Shown: positions 1-15,768, counted from the first letter of the stretch. The stretch is 64,000 bases of DNA from Eledone cirrhosa (GCA_964016885.1 OZ024764.1:17546001-17610000), one strand, 5' to 3'. Made by a program: numbers and translations. The notes: generated by a model not told the origin, from the letters alone.

Positions 1-239
1 TACATATATATATATATACATATATACATACATACATATATATATATACATATATACATACATACATATATATATATACATATATACATACATACATATA
101 TATATATACATATATACATATATATATATACATATATACATATATATATATATACATATATACATATATATATATATACATATATACATATATATATATA
201 TACATATATACATATACATATATACATATACATATATAC

Positions 240-276
<37 letters not shown>

Positions 277-755
277 CATATATATATACATACATACATA
301 TATACATACATACATATATACATACATACATATATACATATACATATATACATACATACATATACATATATACATACATACATATATACATACATACATA
401 TATACATACATACATATATACATACATATATACATACATACATACATACATATATACATACATACATATATATATACATACATATATATATACATACATA
501 TATATATACATACATATATATATACATACATATATATATACATACATATATATATACATACATATATATATACATACATATATATATACATACATATATA
601 TATACATACATATATATATACATACATATATATATACATACATATATATATACATACATATATACATACATACATATATATATACATACATATATATATA
701 CATACATACATATATACATACATACATATATATATACATACATATATATATATAC

Positions 756-789
<34 letters not shown>

Positions 790-1356
790 ACATACATATA
801 TATATACATACATATATATATACATACATATATATATATATATATACATACATATATATATATATACATACATATATACATACATATATATATACATACA
901 TATATATATATATACATACATATATATATATATACATACATATATACATACATATATATATACATACATATATATATATATACATACATACATATATATA
1001 TATACATACATATATATATATACATACATACATATATATACATACATACATATATATATATACATACATACATATATATATATACATACATATATATATA
1101 TATATACATACATATATATATATACATACATACATATATATATATACATACATACATATATATACATACATACATATATATATATACATACATATATATA
1201 CATATATATACATACATACATATATATACATATATATACATATATATACATACATACATATATATATATATATACATACATACATACATATATATATACA
1301 TACATACATACATATATATATACATACATATATATATATATATACATACATATATA

Positions 1357-1388
<32 letters not shown>

Positions 1389-1839
1389 CATATATATACA
1401 TACATACATATATATATACATACATACATATATATATACATACATACATATATATATACATACATACATATATATACATACATACATATATATACATACA
1501 TACATATATATACATACATACATATATATACATACATACATACATATATATACATACATATACATATATATACATACATATACATATATATATACATACA
1601 TACATATATATATACATACATACATATATATACATACATACATATATATATATATATACATACATACATATATATACATACATACATACATACATACACA
1701 TACATATATATATATATACATACATATATATATACATACATATATATATACATACATATATATATACATACATATATATATACATACATATATATATACA
1801 TACATATATATATACATACATATATATATACATACATAC

Positions 1840-1884
<45 letters not shown>

Positions 1885-2074
1885 CATATATATATACATA
1901 CATATATATATATACATATATATATATACATATATATATATACATATATATATATACATATATATATACATACATATATATATACATACATATATATATA
2001 CATACATATATATATATACATACATATATATATACATACATATATATATATACATACATATATATATACATACA

Positions 2075-2126
<52 letters not shown>

Positions 2127-2152
2127 CAGACATATATATATATACATACATA

Positions 2153-2246
<94 letters not shown>

Positions 2247-2247
2247 C

Positions 2248-2342
<95 letters not shown>

Positions 2343-2522
2343 CACATACATATATATATACATACATATATATATATACACATACATATATATATATACA
2401 CATACATATATATATATATACACATACATATATATATACACATACATATATATATACACATACATATACATATACACATACATATATATACACATATATA
2501 CATACATATACACACATATATA
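1..2522. repeat. Compound (TA)n/(TACA)n microsatellite, >2.5 kb
   Basis: Read directly: almost only TA and TACA units; lies in the presumed UBE2G1 intron 1. Confidence 0.97.
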
Positions 2523-2669
2523 CAATAAAGTCTATTTTCCATACATCAACTGGTTTGGCAGTCTACCAAGAAGCAGTGAGGTGTGACGGTCAGATCACTA
2601 AGAACTTGTCCAGACTCCCTTTCTATGGTTGGATGCCCTTCGTAACAACAACTTCATATTGGGGACTGG

Positions 2670-3650
2670 GAGTATTTTATGACTAGGGACTGGGGTGCTT
2701 TTTGCCACAGCACCAGCATTACCCCATTACAGAGTGGACTGGGTGTATTTTGTCACAGCACCAGCATTACCTCATTATAGAGTGGACTGGATGTATTTTT
2801 AGTTAAAACACCAGCATTACCTCATTACAGAGTGAACTGGGTGTTTTTTGTCACAGCACCAGCATTACCTCATTACAGAGTGGACTGGGTGCATTTTTAG
2901 TTAAAACACCAGCATTACCTCATTACAGAGTGAACTGGGTGTTTTTTGTCACAGCACCAGCATTACCTCATTGCAGAGTGAACTGGGTGTTTTTTGTCAC
3001 AGCACCAGCATTACCTCATTGCAGAGTGAACTGGGTGTTTTTTGTCACAGCACCAGCATTACCTCATTACAGAGTGGACTGGGTGCATTTTTAGTTAAAA
3101 CACCAGCATTACCTCATTACAGAGTGAACTGGGTGTTTTTTGTCACAGCACCAGCATTACCTCATTGCAGAGTGAACTGGGTGTTTTTTGTCACAGCACC
3201 AGCATTACCTCATTACAGAGTGGACTGGGTGTATTTTTAGTTAAAACACCAGCATTACCTCATTACAGAGTGAACTGGGTGTTTTTTGTCACAGCACCAG
3301 CATTACCCCATTACAGAGTGGACTGGGTGTATTTTGACACAGCACCAGCATTACCTCATTACAGAGTGAACTGGGTGTTTTTTGTCACAGCACCAGCATT
3401 ACCTAATTACAGAGTGAACTGGGTGTTTTTTGTCACAGCACCAGCATTACCTCATTACAGAGTGAACTGGGTGTTTTTTGTCACAGCACCAGCATTACCT
3501 CATTGCAGAGTGAACTGGGTGTTTTTTGTCACAGCACCAGCATTACCTAATTACAGAGTGGACTGGGTGTATTTTTAGTTAAAACACCAGCATTACCACT
3601 TTACAGGGTGGACTGGGTGCTTTTTCTCGTAGCACCAGCACTACCTCTTT
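2670..3650 (+). repeat. ~49-51-bp minisatellite (cacagcaccagcattacctcattacagagtgaactgggtgttttttgt)
   Basis: About 19 tandem units visible; source of the repetitive ORFs 2971-3578. Confidence 0.93.
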
Positions 3651-4216
3651 ACAACTCAGGGACCCCATGTATGAGGCAGGGAAGGATCAACAGGAATGTG
3701 AGGGGGAAGGCGAGAATGTACAGGCCGTATGATGTTTGCTGGGGATCAGCATAAGTAGATGTCCCATCGGAATGGAAATGCAAAGTTATAAGGGTGACCC
3801 TGAAGTAAGTGATCTCCCACATATATGAGGGGCTGCTGAAAAGTTGCTGGGTTTAAGGGTATCGCGGAAGGGTAGATTTGTTACCTTTACAGGGGAGATA
3901 GGACCACAGCAATAAGTGTGTGATCCTGGGTGGGGAAAAATGTTTAAAAAAATCATAACTGATCCTCCTGTAATTTTCTTTTACCCCAAATCAGGGAGTT
4001 CATCACCCCCTCGTAAATAAATATATAAATATATAAATATATATATATATATATCATACATACACATGTAAGTATGCATACGTACACACACATTTATGTA
4101 TCAGCTGCGCTAGAGCGAGAAATAAAATTATAATTTTATATATATAAATATACACACACTAGCATATATACACATTTATACATACATTAGAAAATCGGAC
4201 GGTTTATATTACACAT

Positions 4217-4255
<39 letters not shown>

Positions 4256-4261
<6 letters not shown>

Positions 4262-4332
4262 GTCCCCAAAAAATATATACACACTTCCAGAGCATTCCAA
4301 TAAAAGTATGTATACATTTTTGGGACACCCTG
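4256..4332. mobile_element. Tc1/mariner-type MITE, TIR (c/t)agggtgtccc..aaaa..tatacac
   Basis: Terminal inverted repeats agggtgtcccca / tgggacaccctg, TA-flanked; related copies at 9533, 34487, 38180. Confidence 0.7.
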
Positions 4333-4380
4333 TAGAGAAAGGGAAAGAGAGAGACTAAAGATTGTGTATTCCGCTTATAA

Positions 4381-4429
<49 letters not shown>

Positions 4430-4694
4430 TACATACATTTATACATTACAAAATCGGACTGCCCATATAATATATATACACGCATACATATACACACACA
4501 TGCTTTGTCAATGGGTGTATATATACTTAAATATACACTGAACGAAAGAACAGATCTGAAAAAAATTCAACACTATTTTTCATATATATATATCTGTATA
4601 TATATATCTATATACACACATATTTTTCATATATATATATATATACACAGATATATTTTTCATTTATATATATATATATATAGATATATTTTTC

Positions 4695-4739
<45 letters not shown>

Positions 4740-4761
4740 TACACATATATATATCTGTATA

Positions 4762-4797
<36 letters not shown>

Positions 4798-4995
4798 TAT
4801 ACATACATATACACACATATATTCATGGGTTCCCGGTGTAAATCGGGTGATGACCGCGGTTAAAAAAAGGTACTCAATACGTTGGTGAATGTATTTTATA
4901 TATTAATGACTTCTACAGGACTAGAACTGTTTCATTCAAAAGAAATCATACACACACACATATATAATGATGATGATATATATACATACACACAC

Positions 4996-5065
<70 letters not shown>

Positions 5066-5151
5066 ATAATCAGACGTTGATAGAGTGACGCGAAGAGATC
5101 TCAATATATATTAAATTATTTAATATATACATATATTATAAATACATAGAC

Positions 5152-5198
<47 letters not shown>

Positions 5199-5288
5199 TA
5201 TATATATGCACATATATAATAAATATATATATATAGACAAACATATATATATAAAGAGATAAGTGTATATATATATATATATATATAT

Positions 5289-5362
<74 letters not shown>

Positions 5363-5592
5363 TTATATATTTTAGTCTTCAAATTTATTATTATTACTAT
5401 ATATATATATATGGCATCTACAGGACTAGAACTGTTTCATTCGGAGGAAATCATTGATTGAACCCTGGATAAACTAGATATATATATATATATATATATT
5501 AGATAGATAGATAAATATATATTATATATAATATATATTAAAAATATACAAGGTATATATATATTTTATATATTTTCTAAGACAAAACTTAC

Positions 5593-5638
5593 CATTTAAT
5601 TGCCGCTTCAGCAATAGTGAAGACTGGTCGCGGGCCAT
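5593..5638 (-). CDS. UBE2G1: Ubiquitin-conjugating enzyme E2 G1 (Ubc7-like), first coding exon; gene continues beyond the left edge
   Basis: Minus strand ATG..AAT G|gtaagt encodes MARDQSSLLLKRQLN(E), resembling the UBE2G1 N-terminus MTELQSALLLRRQLAE; 46 nt with a phase-1 consensus donor. Only 15 aa visible. Confidence 0.75.
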
Positions 5639-5945
5639 TGAACAAAAGACCAGGTGTAACTTGTGAGGAGAGGGTGAGAGAGAGGTAGAGAGATAGACAG
5701 AGGTAGAGAGATAGAGAGACAGATAGGTAGAGAGAGAGAGTAGGGGACACAGAGAAGGAAGGGATAAAGGGATTGAAGGGAGTAGGGCGACTGTTATATA
5801 TATATATCTCTGGAAATGACTAGGGAGACAGGCAGGACAGGAGACAAACAGATATAATACTATATATATATATATGTGGGGAGGTCAGACAGATATATAT
5901 ATATATATAAAAATATAAATATATATATATATCACTCTCCTATGC

Positions 5946-5988
<43 letters not shown>

Positions 5989-7969
5989 ATGTGTGTATAT
6001 GGAGAGGGACAGATATGAATTCACCAACCGATCTTGCTTACCTAGGTCTATAAAAACTTGGGGCTATTTTGAAGACCAGTGGGATATAAGGGACCTATAA
6101 ACATATATATATATTTATATATGTATATATATAAATATGTGTATATATATATATAGAGAGAAAGAGAGAGAGAGATGGACAAGAAAAATCTAAGTAGGAT
6201 ATTGACGAAGCTACCTTTTAGTCTAAGCTAGTCGCAGGAACAAAATGGGACAGGATATATATACATATATATATAGTTAGAACTATATATATATATATAG
6301 AGATAGATAAAGAGACAGCTAGGTGGACATAAGACAAGGTAGAAATAAATATGAGGGAGAAACCGATCTAGCTTTTTTGTTTTAGTTCAAAATCAACTTG
6401 TACGGGCAAAATGGGACAGAGCAGACACTAGCGACCGTACATACATACATACATACATATAGATAGATGTATATAAATATATATTAGGGGATAAATATAC
6501 ACACAGGAGAGGGTGGAGGGTATACAATAGATATATAATAATAATTAATAAGAAATATACAAGACAGAAGAGAGAAGACACAGGTTTCTTTTTCTATCTG
6601 AAAACGAGATGAGAGAAGACAGGCATATATATATATATATATATAATGTATATATATATATATATATGTGTATATATGTAAATATATATGACAGATCAGT
6701 GAACTGATATACACAGAAGAGGGGGTGGACAATAGATATATGATAATAATTACAACAATAATTAAGAAAAATACAAGAGAGCGGACATTAAAGAGAGACA
6801 GAGATAGGTTTCTTTTTCAAGCTGAAAATGGGAGAGAGGAATCGACATAGACGTATATATATATAAATATTTAAATATATATAGAAGATAGAGGGCAGAT
6901 GTACACACAGGACAGTAGACAAGGGGTATATAATAATAATTAATAAGAAAAATACAAGATAGAGGACATAGATTAGAGAAGACAGAAGAAAGAAGAGACA
7001 GGTTTCGTTTTTCTATGTGAAACTGAGGAGATGAGACATGGACGAAGGGGCGGCTAAACAAATGTGTTTGTTGAGGGGGTTAATAGACGACAGACAACAT
7101 GGAGACCCCTGTAAGCTCCCTGGTAGGTATATAGGTAGTCAGTACTGTTGGTAGATCTCTGGGTGTGTGTTCCTTGTGTGTCCCCAGTGTGTCCAGATGA
7201 AAGAGGAGCAACAGAAAAGATTTACAAGACACAAGAGACAGTAATGGCTGATTGTTTGAGGAAACTACAGCGCAGCCGCACTCGTGTACTTCCGTTTCTT
7301 GTGCTTTTTGCTTTCATGGAAGGATTTCTTTAGAAATAAATAAAACATATATAAACATGTGTACATACATGTTTTTTATTGTGTGTATATATTTATATAT
7401 ATATGTATATATGTGTTATCAGTATTGTATTGCGTTGTTGTATCGTTGTATTATATTATTTTATATTTATGTATGTGTGTGTGTATATATATATGTGTGT
7501 GTGTGTGTATATATATACACGTGTGTGTATATATATATTTATACACGTGTGTGTATATATATATATATATGTATGTTTGGATATATATATATATATATAT
7601 GTGTGTGTGTATGCCTACGTATATATAAATGTGTGTGTGTATACATATGTATATGTGTGTGTAAATATATAATATATATACGTGAGCGTATCTATACACA
7701 CACATACATATGTATATGTATACACGCACACATATATATACACGCCCGCACGCACGTGAAAGGGAGGTAACTTCTACTAATCCCTTCTTTCAATTTTTGC
7801 TTTTCGTGTTTTTAAACAATAAACGTCTTTTTACAAAGAATAATAATAATAATCGTTTCTACTTTACGCACAAGGCTAGCAAATACCCCAGTGTATTACT
7901 GGTACTTTATTTCCATCATACATTACATTCTGCTCTCCCTTATTCTTTATCTTGTGTAAACACTTAACT

Positions 7970-8310
7970 GCTTCTTATATGAACAAATGAGGGAGCCTCT
8001 AGGATGCTTAGTAGAAATATTAAATCAACCCTGGTACTTGACTGTTACTTATATGAACAAATGATGGAGCCTCTAGGATGCTTAGTAGAAATATTATATC
8101 AACCCTGGTACTTGACTGTTACTTATATGAACAAATGATGGAGCCTCTAGGATGCTCAGTAGAAATATTAAATCATCCCTGGTACTTGATTTACTTATAT
8201 GAACAGATTGATGAGGGAGCCTCTAGGATGTTTTGTGGGAATATTAAATCAACCACAGTACTTAGCTATTACTTATTTAAACTAATGAGGGAGCCCCTAG
8301 GATGCTGTGT
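7970..8310 (+). repeat. ~78-bp tandem repeat, about 4 units
   Basis: Repeated ttacttatatgaacaaatga..ggagcctctaggatgc..aaatattaaatcaacc. Confidence 0.85.
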
Positions 8311-8952
8311 AAGAATACCTGTTCAGGGGCTGAGGTCACTAGTAAAAATTAAAGGGCTCAAATGTAGGAAAAATCCTTTTCTAGGGAGGAGGAATTTGGG
8401 GCCCAAGATATTAAAAGCCTTCACCCTTTAGCCATCAAACCCGCCAGAATTCTTTCACCTCTTTCTGTTCAGACCGGCTGTAACTGGCCAGAATTCTTTC
8501 ACCTCTTTCTGTTCAGACCAGCTGTAACTGGACATCAAAATCTCATAGATTCGATACTATGTGAGATAAAGCCTTTACCACGAAAATACAATATAAAGTA
8601 ATGGTAAGGCATCTAAGAAGTGATAATCCCTTCTTCATCCACTTATTCCTTGGAGGGTCATGTCAGCAGAATCCCTAAGCATGCCTTCCAGCAGGTCCTG
8701 TCTTTTGAAACCACAGCCAACACCATATCCCTGTGTATACCCAGTTTACAATAGGTACACTGTATCCCTGTGAAATATCTGGTTTACAATAGGTAGACCA
8801 TCATCCATTTCGGGAATCGAACTCACAACCTCACGTTTGCGAATCCAATTTTCTAACCGCTCAGCCACGCGCTTCACTAACGCATGTGTGTATCATGACT
8901 CATACACTGTTCACTCTCCTGACATTTGTACATTATTATTGTACATTTGTAT

Positions 8953-9075
8953 TCTGAGTTCAAATCCCGCCGAGGTTAACTTTGCTTTTCATCCTTACGG
9001 GGTCGTTAAAATAAAGTACCAGTCATACACTGATAAATTGCTGGCCTTGTGCCAAAAGTAGAAACAATTATTATT
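8953..9075 (+). mobile_element. SINE fragment (tRNA-like B-box gagttcaaatccc followed by a conserved body) inserted in a CR1 3' UTR remnant
   Basis: Same sequence at ~13955, 18525(-), 35335, 36370(-), 55400, 58590; flanks 8890-8950 and 9110-9170 match the LINE tail at 48390-48490. Confidence 0.7.
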
Positions 9076-9532
9076 AAACCTTATTTTATTTATTTATGCC
9101 TAAAGTATTATTTGTACTATACATGCACCTTTGATGAGTTGTAGTGCACCTGAGCACTGTACACAATAATGTCATTATCATATATATATATATATATATA
9201 TATAATTTGTGTGTGTGTGAGAGAGAGATCTAGAAGAAAAAAAAAAGAGAAACGAAAGGTCGATATAAAATCATAGAATGGCATTTTATTTAAACTATAT
9301 GTGTGTATATATATATACTCTTTTTTTTCCTTTCGTTTTTCGCTATACGTTATTTCCTGATCGGGTTTTTACATTGCCCGCTTCTACCGCCAACATTAAC
9401 AATGCAGTAGCGCTCGGCCGTTGTTAGACTAAACAAGGGAAAGACGTGTTTGAGTGGAGGCAAATGTTGGCTTTAAAACAGGAATGGCTGTCGGTAACGG
9501 GACGAAACGACACGCTCGTAACAATAGATATG

Positions 9533-9638
9533 CGGGGTGTAAAAAAAAAATGTATACATACTTTGATTACCTGTAGAAGCAAAGCAATATTTATTAGAAT
9601 ACCATTGAAGTATGTATACATTTTTGGGGGACACCCTA
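9533..9638. mobile_element. Tc1/mariner-type MITE
   Basis: TIRs ggggtgt..aaaaaatgtatacat / atgtatacatttttgggggacaccct. Confidence 0.65.
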
Positions 9639-11609
9639 TATATACATATATAAGAATTAAAAGAGACGAAACATCAGACAACTGAAGAGTGGAATTGTCT
9701 TGTTTCCAAAACATTTCTAAATACTATATATATATATATATATATGTATAGAGAGAGAGAGAGAGTTACATAATGAAGCGAGTCAGCTGAAACTTCGAAG
9801 TTACTGCCAATTTTTCTCCTTGGAAAATAAATTGCTTCACTCTATCCAACCGTATTGAGTACACACCACAGCCGATTAAAGTTTATACGTTTTAAATATT
9901 ACGGTAATATATATATATATTTGAGTATCTTTAAAATACCGGTATATGTATATATATATATATACTGGTGAGTGTATATATATTTGAACATGTTTAAAAT
10001 ACCGGGGTATATATATATATATACACTCACACTAATATATACGCACAAAGGCCTCTTTCCTGAAATATATATATATACATACAAAGTGTGTTGACACCGC
10101 TTGACAACCGGTGATGGGTGTTTATGTCCCGTAGCATAGCGGTTGATAATACAAGTCACTGACTCTAAACAATATATGTGCGTACGTGTGTATATATATA
10201 TATATACGTATGTTAACATCTCTCTCCATATATAAATATATCTACATATCTTTCTATATATATATATATATACACATAGGTGTCGTGTTGACGTGGAACA
10301 CCGGTAAATGAACGAAATGACCTTGTATCGATCAACAACCAATAAACGAAGCTATCAGGTTTAATCAATACGCTAGGTATATATTTCCGATTTCACGGCT
10401 CTTCCTAATATATATGTAACATTAATCCCCTTTTAACCACTTACAATCACCCATATATACGTGTGAATATATATATATATATATAATAGGAACATAATCA
10501 GGACCCTGAGCTCTGGCTGTTTCAATAGCTAGATCCGAACTAAAACACCAGTATATATATACACACACATACATACAAATATAGTTATACTTTGGGTGGG
10601 TCATGTTGCCAATAAAAACACATGTAGCTGTTAGTTTTCACTTCAATTTATTATAAATTTCCAGTTGGTTCTATATTGTCAAAGCTCTTTCACTACACTT
10701 CCTGTAACCTCCTTAGCAACTGATTTCGTATTTTGTCTCTCTCTCCCACCATCTTGTTTTGTGCATGCAGTTATTTACTTGGCACTAATTAGTTGTTGGT
10801 TATGTGTGTGTCTGGTTTGGTTCTTGTGGATCTCTGTAGGTCTTCATTATTAGTTGTGATGCTGTCGCTATTCCACATGAGTGTTCTCAGGGAGATTCCG
10901 CGTGAAACCAAACATGACAAGGCAAGGCCCTTTGAATTACAGATACAACTCATTTTTGCCAGCCAAGTGGACCGGAGCAATATGAAATAAAGTGTCTTAT
11001 AAAGGACACAATTATTGTGTAGTGCTCAGGTGCACTACAACTCATCAAAGGTGCATGTATGAGTCATCATATACACACAATAAATATTGAGTAATGTAAA
11101 TACTAAAGGGTTAAGCCTTTCTAAATGTCATCATACACAGGAATATTGTGGATAGCCAGAATTCTCACCTCTTTCTGTTCAAACCAGCCTCTCATACTGA
11201 TGTTAAGGTATTGTTCTCAAAATAAATAACATCAAACTCTCATAGATTCAATATTATGTGAGGTAAAGCCTTTACTGTGAAAATACAACAGTATATATAG
11301 AGTAATGAAAATACTAAAGGGTTAATCTCTTTCCAATAGCAAGAACACGCAAGTGAACTTTTCATTTTTGTCAGTCTAACTCTCGAAGGTTTGATGTTAC
11401 TCCAGTTCTAAGTGTTATTGGTTGAATGGCTGGTTAGAAAGCCCAAGACATGCTTCAACCCTTTAGCATTTAAACTGACCACAATTGTCTTACCACTCAT
11501 ACTGATGTTAAAGTATTGTTCTCAAAATAAATAATTTCAAAATTTCACAGATTCAATATTATGAGATAAAGCCTTTACTGCGAAAATACAATAGTATATA
11601 ATATAATTG

Positions 11610-11960
11610 TTTGAGCATTGGGCTTACAATCGTTGAGTTCAATTCTCGGACCGGGTTCTGCATTGTTTTCTTGAGCAAGACACTTTATTCCACATTGTTC
11701 CAGATCACGCAGCAGTAGAAATGAGTTGCGATATTACTGGCACCAAGCTGTATCGGCCATTGCCTTTCCTTTGGATGACATTGGTGGCACGGAGAGGGGT
11801 GTTTGGTATGCACGGGCAACTACTGGTCTTCCACAAACAACCTTGCCAGGACTTGTACCTCGGAGTTGAACTTTCTAGGTGCAAATCCTATGGTCTTTAC
11901 CTTGAAACAGTTCTGTATGAGCAAGACATAGTACCCTGATCTCACAACAGAACAACTAGC
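11610..11960 (+). mobile_element. tRNA-derived SINE
   Basis: B-box-like gagttcaattc followed by the cttgagcaagacactttatt core; reverse copies at ~10870-11010, 21280-21410, 45600-45720, 46060-46190. Confidence 0.65.
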
Positions 11961-12609
11961 ATGAAAAAATGGACAGTAATGATTCGGACATTCCACATTT
12001 ATTTTGCATAACAGGGTGTAATAAACCCACTGAATAGAATAAGATGGACATAAGCACAGATAGAATCCAAGTATATATAAAACACCAGGGTATTCCAGCT
12101 CGGTTTTGAAGTAGTGTAATAAGCTGATATTCAGTGAATCAGGTTCAAATCCTACACACAGCACGTAACTCTCAATAAAATTGCTAAAGTTTATTTTTTT
12201 TCTAGACTTTATAGGTTTCACTTATTTAACCCTTTAGCATTTAAACCAGCTGTATCCAGCCAGAATTCTCTCACCTCCTTTTGTTCAAACTGACTACTCA
12301 TACTGATGTTAAAGTACTGTTCTCAAAATAAATAACATCAAAATCTCATAGATTCAATATTCTGTGAGTTAAAGCCTTTACCATGAAAATATAAAGTAAT
12401 GTAGATCAGAAATGTCAAACCGAGTCCCTGAAGGGCCACACACAAATACTACTTATCTTTTTAAATTCTATGTTACGAAGATAAAACATCCTTGCGCTGT
12501 AAGAAACCTTTGTGCAGGCCACGTGTGCTTGTTAAGGGCCAGATGTAGATGACAAAGAGTTAAGGGTCTTCATCCAATTCTCAAGGTTAAATGTATTTTA
12601 TTACGTCCC

Positions 12610-12735
12610 TACCATACAAGTCTTCTTCAGAGCTGTAGTCGAGTCAATTCTTTTGTATGGTTCCTCAGCATGGACAATGACAAAAAGGTTAGAGAACAAG
12701 CTTGATGGGACATACATCCAAATGCTACTTGTAGT
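12610..12735 (+). mobile_element. RTE-clade LINE fragment
   Basis: Encodes ..ILLYGSSAWTMTKRLENKLDGTYIQML, typical of the RTE post-RT region; RTE-like 3' end nearby at ~13510-13605. Confidence 0.65.
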
Positions 12736-13069
12736 CAGGGCTGGATTTAATGGGAAGCAAATGCCTCAGGTCCCCTGCAGTGGGGTGCTCCACCAGCAAC
12801 AGCTGTACCAGTTTATTTGTACACTAGTTGGGTTCTTTAGTTTTAGAATGGTTAGATTCTTTTTTTAATTTAATAGCTCTATGTATAACTTTTCAATTCC
12901 AATTACTTGCACCAAGGTGACTTTCGTCTGTAAAATTGGAGGTTTGCTGTGTATTCTAATATTTTATGTAAGAGATCTCAAAATTGAAGTGCTGAACAGG
13001 TCCTAGAAATATCATTCCCCGAAAGAAGATCTATATAGACAGATCCCTCCTGTATCAGCTTCAGTTTGG

Positions 13070-13480
13070 GCTTTACAGTGAGTACTAGGTGCTTTGGTCG
13101 TGACACCTACATGACTACTTTACAGTGTGGACTGGGTGCTTTTGTTGTGACACCTACATGACCACTTTACAGTGTGGACTGGGTGCTTTTGTTGTGACAC
13201 CTACATGACTACTTTACAGTGAATACCGGGTGCTTTTTGTTGCAACACCTACATGACTACTTTACAGTGTGGACTGGGTGCTTTTGTTGCAACACCTACA
13301 TGACCACTTTACAGTGTGGACTGGGTGCTTTTGTTGTGACACCTACATGACTACTTTACAGTGAGTACTGGGTGCTTTTATCATGACACCTACATGACCA
13401 CTTTTCAGTGTGGACTGGGTGCTTTTTGTTGTCACACCAACATGACCACTTTACAGTGTGGACTGGGTGCTTTTATCAAC
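13070..13480 (+). repeat. ~47-bp minisatellite (gacacctacatgaccactttacagtgtggactgggtgctttt)
   Basis: About 8 tandem units; shares the ttacag.gtggactgggtg core with the 2670 array. Confidence 0.9.
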
Positions 13481-14847
13481 CAACTAACTAAAGATGTTGG
13501 TTTGACAACCCAATCGAAGACCTGAAAACAGCAATGGAGGACAGAGACATCTGGAGAGGGAGAGTGGAGCTGGCCAAAGCAATTTGCCCAATCCAATGAT
13601 GATTTTTATGACAGCTACCTGTTTCAATATCTGAATGTATGGGGTTATCTTCAATTTAACTTCAATATCTTATAACAATGGTTCCCAGGAGAGTCTGGGG
13701 TTCTAAAAAAAAGCATAGACAGTATATTTATATTACGACCATATAAAGAGTATCAGACTTTGGGGGGTTTCCCCCAAAAGTCTCTGAACCAAAAAGGGTT
13801 CTGCATTTGAAAACGTTTGGGAAACCCTGTTTTATAAGAATGATTAATATATATCCATTAGTGGTTTATTCTCTGGTACTCGAGTTTCTATAGGAGGTGA
13901 ATTGGTAGTCATTAGCACGTTGGACAGAATGCTTTATGGTATTCGCTCCGGCTGTCTGAGTTCAAATCCTGCTGAGGTCAACTTAGTTTTTCATCCATTC
14001 AAGCGCAATAAATAAAAAAAAAGTACCAGTCTAGTACTGGGGTCGATTCTTCCTCTATATATATTTCTCACTACCTATCCTTCTCTAAAAATCTACTGCA
14101 TTCAGGCCTGGAGAGAAGATAGGCTTCGCTAGGCTTAAAAAATGCCCCCAAAACGCTGTACCGTATTGTCAATATGGCGCCCCTATGACTAACAGGAGCT
14201 ACGGGACCATACATACTCCAATTTCTACTAATTTAAAAAATTCTTTCAAGAATTCAAGCAGTCCAGAAAAATATTAAAACTGCATTCAAAGATAAGTTTC
14301 ATTTTCATCTAACCTGGTGCTATTATTCAATATAAAACACTTCCTATCACCCAACCACTGTACAGAGTGTACTGGGTGTATTTTATCATGGCACCAGCAC
14401 TAGAGAGGATGTCCTGCCCTTGAGACAACCAAAGAGACCTCTTCACTCTATATTTGGCAAGATTTCTATGACTGGATACCCTTCCTAACACCAAATATTT
14501 AAGGAGGTTGTCATGTCCCCAACACAACTAAGAGATAGGGGGAGACTCTCTGCAAAATATATATTTACCTACGCCTTCTGACTGCTCTATTTCACCAGCT
14601 TGCCCAGCTATCAATTACCTATGGACCTCAAATACTTGTATATATATCTATTTATATATACACATGTATATATATATATACACATGTATATATGCTATAT
14701 AAAATTAACGAAGATCGCTGGTATTAATTCAACAGTCCCCGACCAGCGTCTAGCTCACCCAGTGAATTTATTGAATTGTAGTAATGCAGCTGCAATCAGC
14801 CGTTCAGAGTGCACACATTTAGTTTTAGTAGATGTGGTGGCGGTGTT

Positions 14848-14881
<34 letters not shown>

Positions 14882-14913
14882 CATATATAATCAGAGACGA
14901 ATTCATATACTAA

Positions 14914-15003
14914 GCACATCTGATGACCTTACGATTACAGAGTCAGGTTTGATCTGTAACAGGTCTTGCCCCGAGCTGATCGATAGTGAAACATGTAATA
15001 TGT
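14914..15003 (+). ncRNA. Degenerate minimal hammerhead ribozyme motif (Penelope-like)
   Basis: gcacat-CTGATGA-long imperfect stem II-GAA-ACATGT (palindrome)-A-atatgt; same family as 34714 and 46548. Confidence 0.5.
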
Positions 15004-15224
15004 TATGATGCAACATTGAATCCTTGTTCCTTATCCTTATAGTTTATATATATATAATAGGTGTAAAGAAAAGTTTTAGCTGTTGTACAGCAAGTACTAT
15101 TCGATTTGTTTGCGGCAATCATAATGGACTCAATGGATCGAAAGTGAAAAACATTAGGTCAGGAGTAAACAAACACCAAGAAAACCGAGTAAGGGCACTG
15201 GTTATACATATAACACAAGAGGAT

Positions 15225-15735
15225 GGTGTTAGGAAGGGCATCCAGCCGTAAAAACCATGGCCAAATTTACAGTTCCATCAGAGCAAAGTACAGCGTGGAC
15301 AATCCTGGCCAGATTCGTCTCTCAATGCAGACGGACCTGCTTGACCCAAGGAAAATGTGGTTGGTATTAGGAAGGGCAAATGTGGTTGGTATCCAGCTAT
15401 AAAAAAACCCTGACAAAACTAGACACTCGACGCAGACGACTCGCCTGACCCATGCAAAATATGATAGGTATTAGGAAGGGCATCCAGCTGTAAAAGCTCT
15501 GGCCAAACTAATCTCTTGACCCATGCAAAATGTGATAGGTATTAGGAAGGGCATCCAGCTGTAAAAGCTCTGGCCAAACTAATCTCTTGACCCATGCAAA
15601 ATGTGATAGGTATTAGGAAGGGCATCCAGCTATAAAAAAAAATCCTGGCCAAACTAATCTCTCGACGCAGACGACTCGTCTAATCCATGCAAGCATGGAA
15701 AAAAAAAAATGGACGTTAAACGTTGACGATGATGA

Positions 15736-15740
<5 letters not shown>
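15225..15740 (+). mobile_element. SINE/RTE-tail element with an internal ~70-bp tandem amplification
   Basis: Repeated ggtattaggaagggcatccagct; ends catgcaagcatggaa..ggacgttaaacg(atg)n; similar tails at 21080(-), 37220, 37660, 58280. Confidence 0.65.

Positions 15741-15768
<28 letters not shown>

Noticed and set aside
7148-7333. 61-aa non-repetitive ORF
   Set aside because: Non-ATG start, no recognisable similarity or splice partner; probably UBE2G1 upstream/promoter sequence
12421-12540. Possible hammerhead (ccctgaaggGCC..long stem..GGCC acgtgt..aggg)
   Set aside because: GAAA and A9 are missing; too degenerate to call
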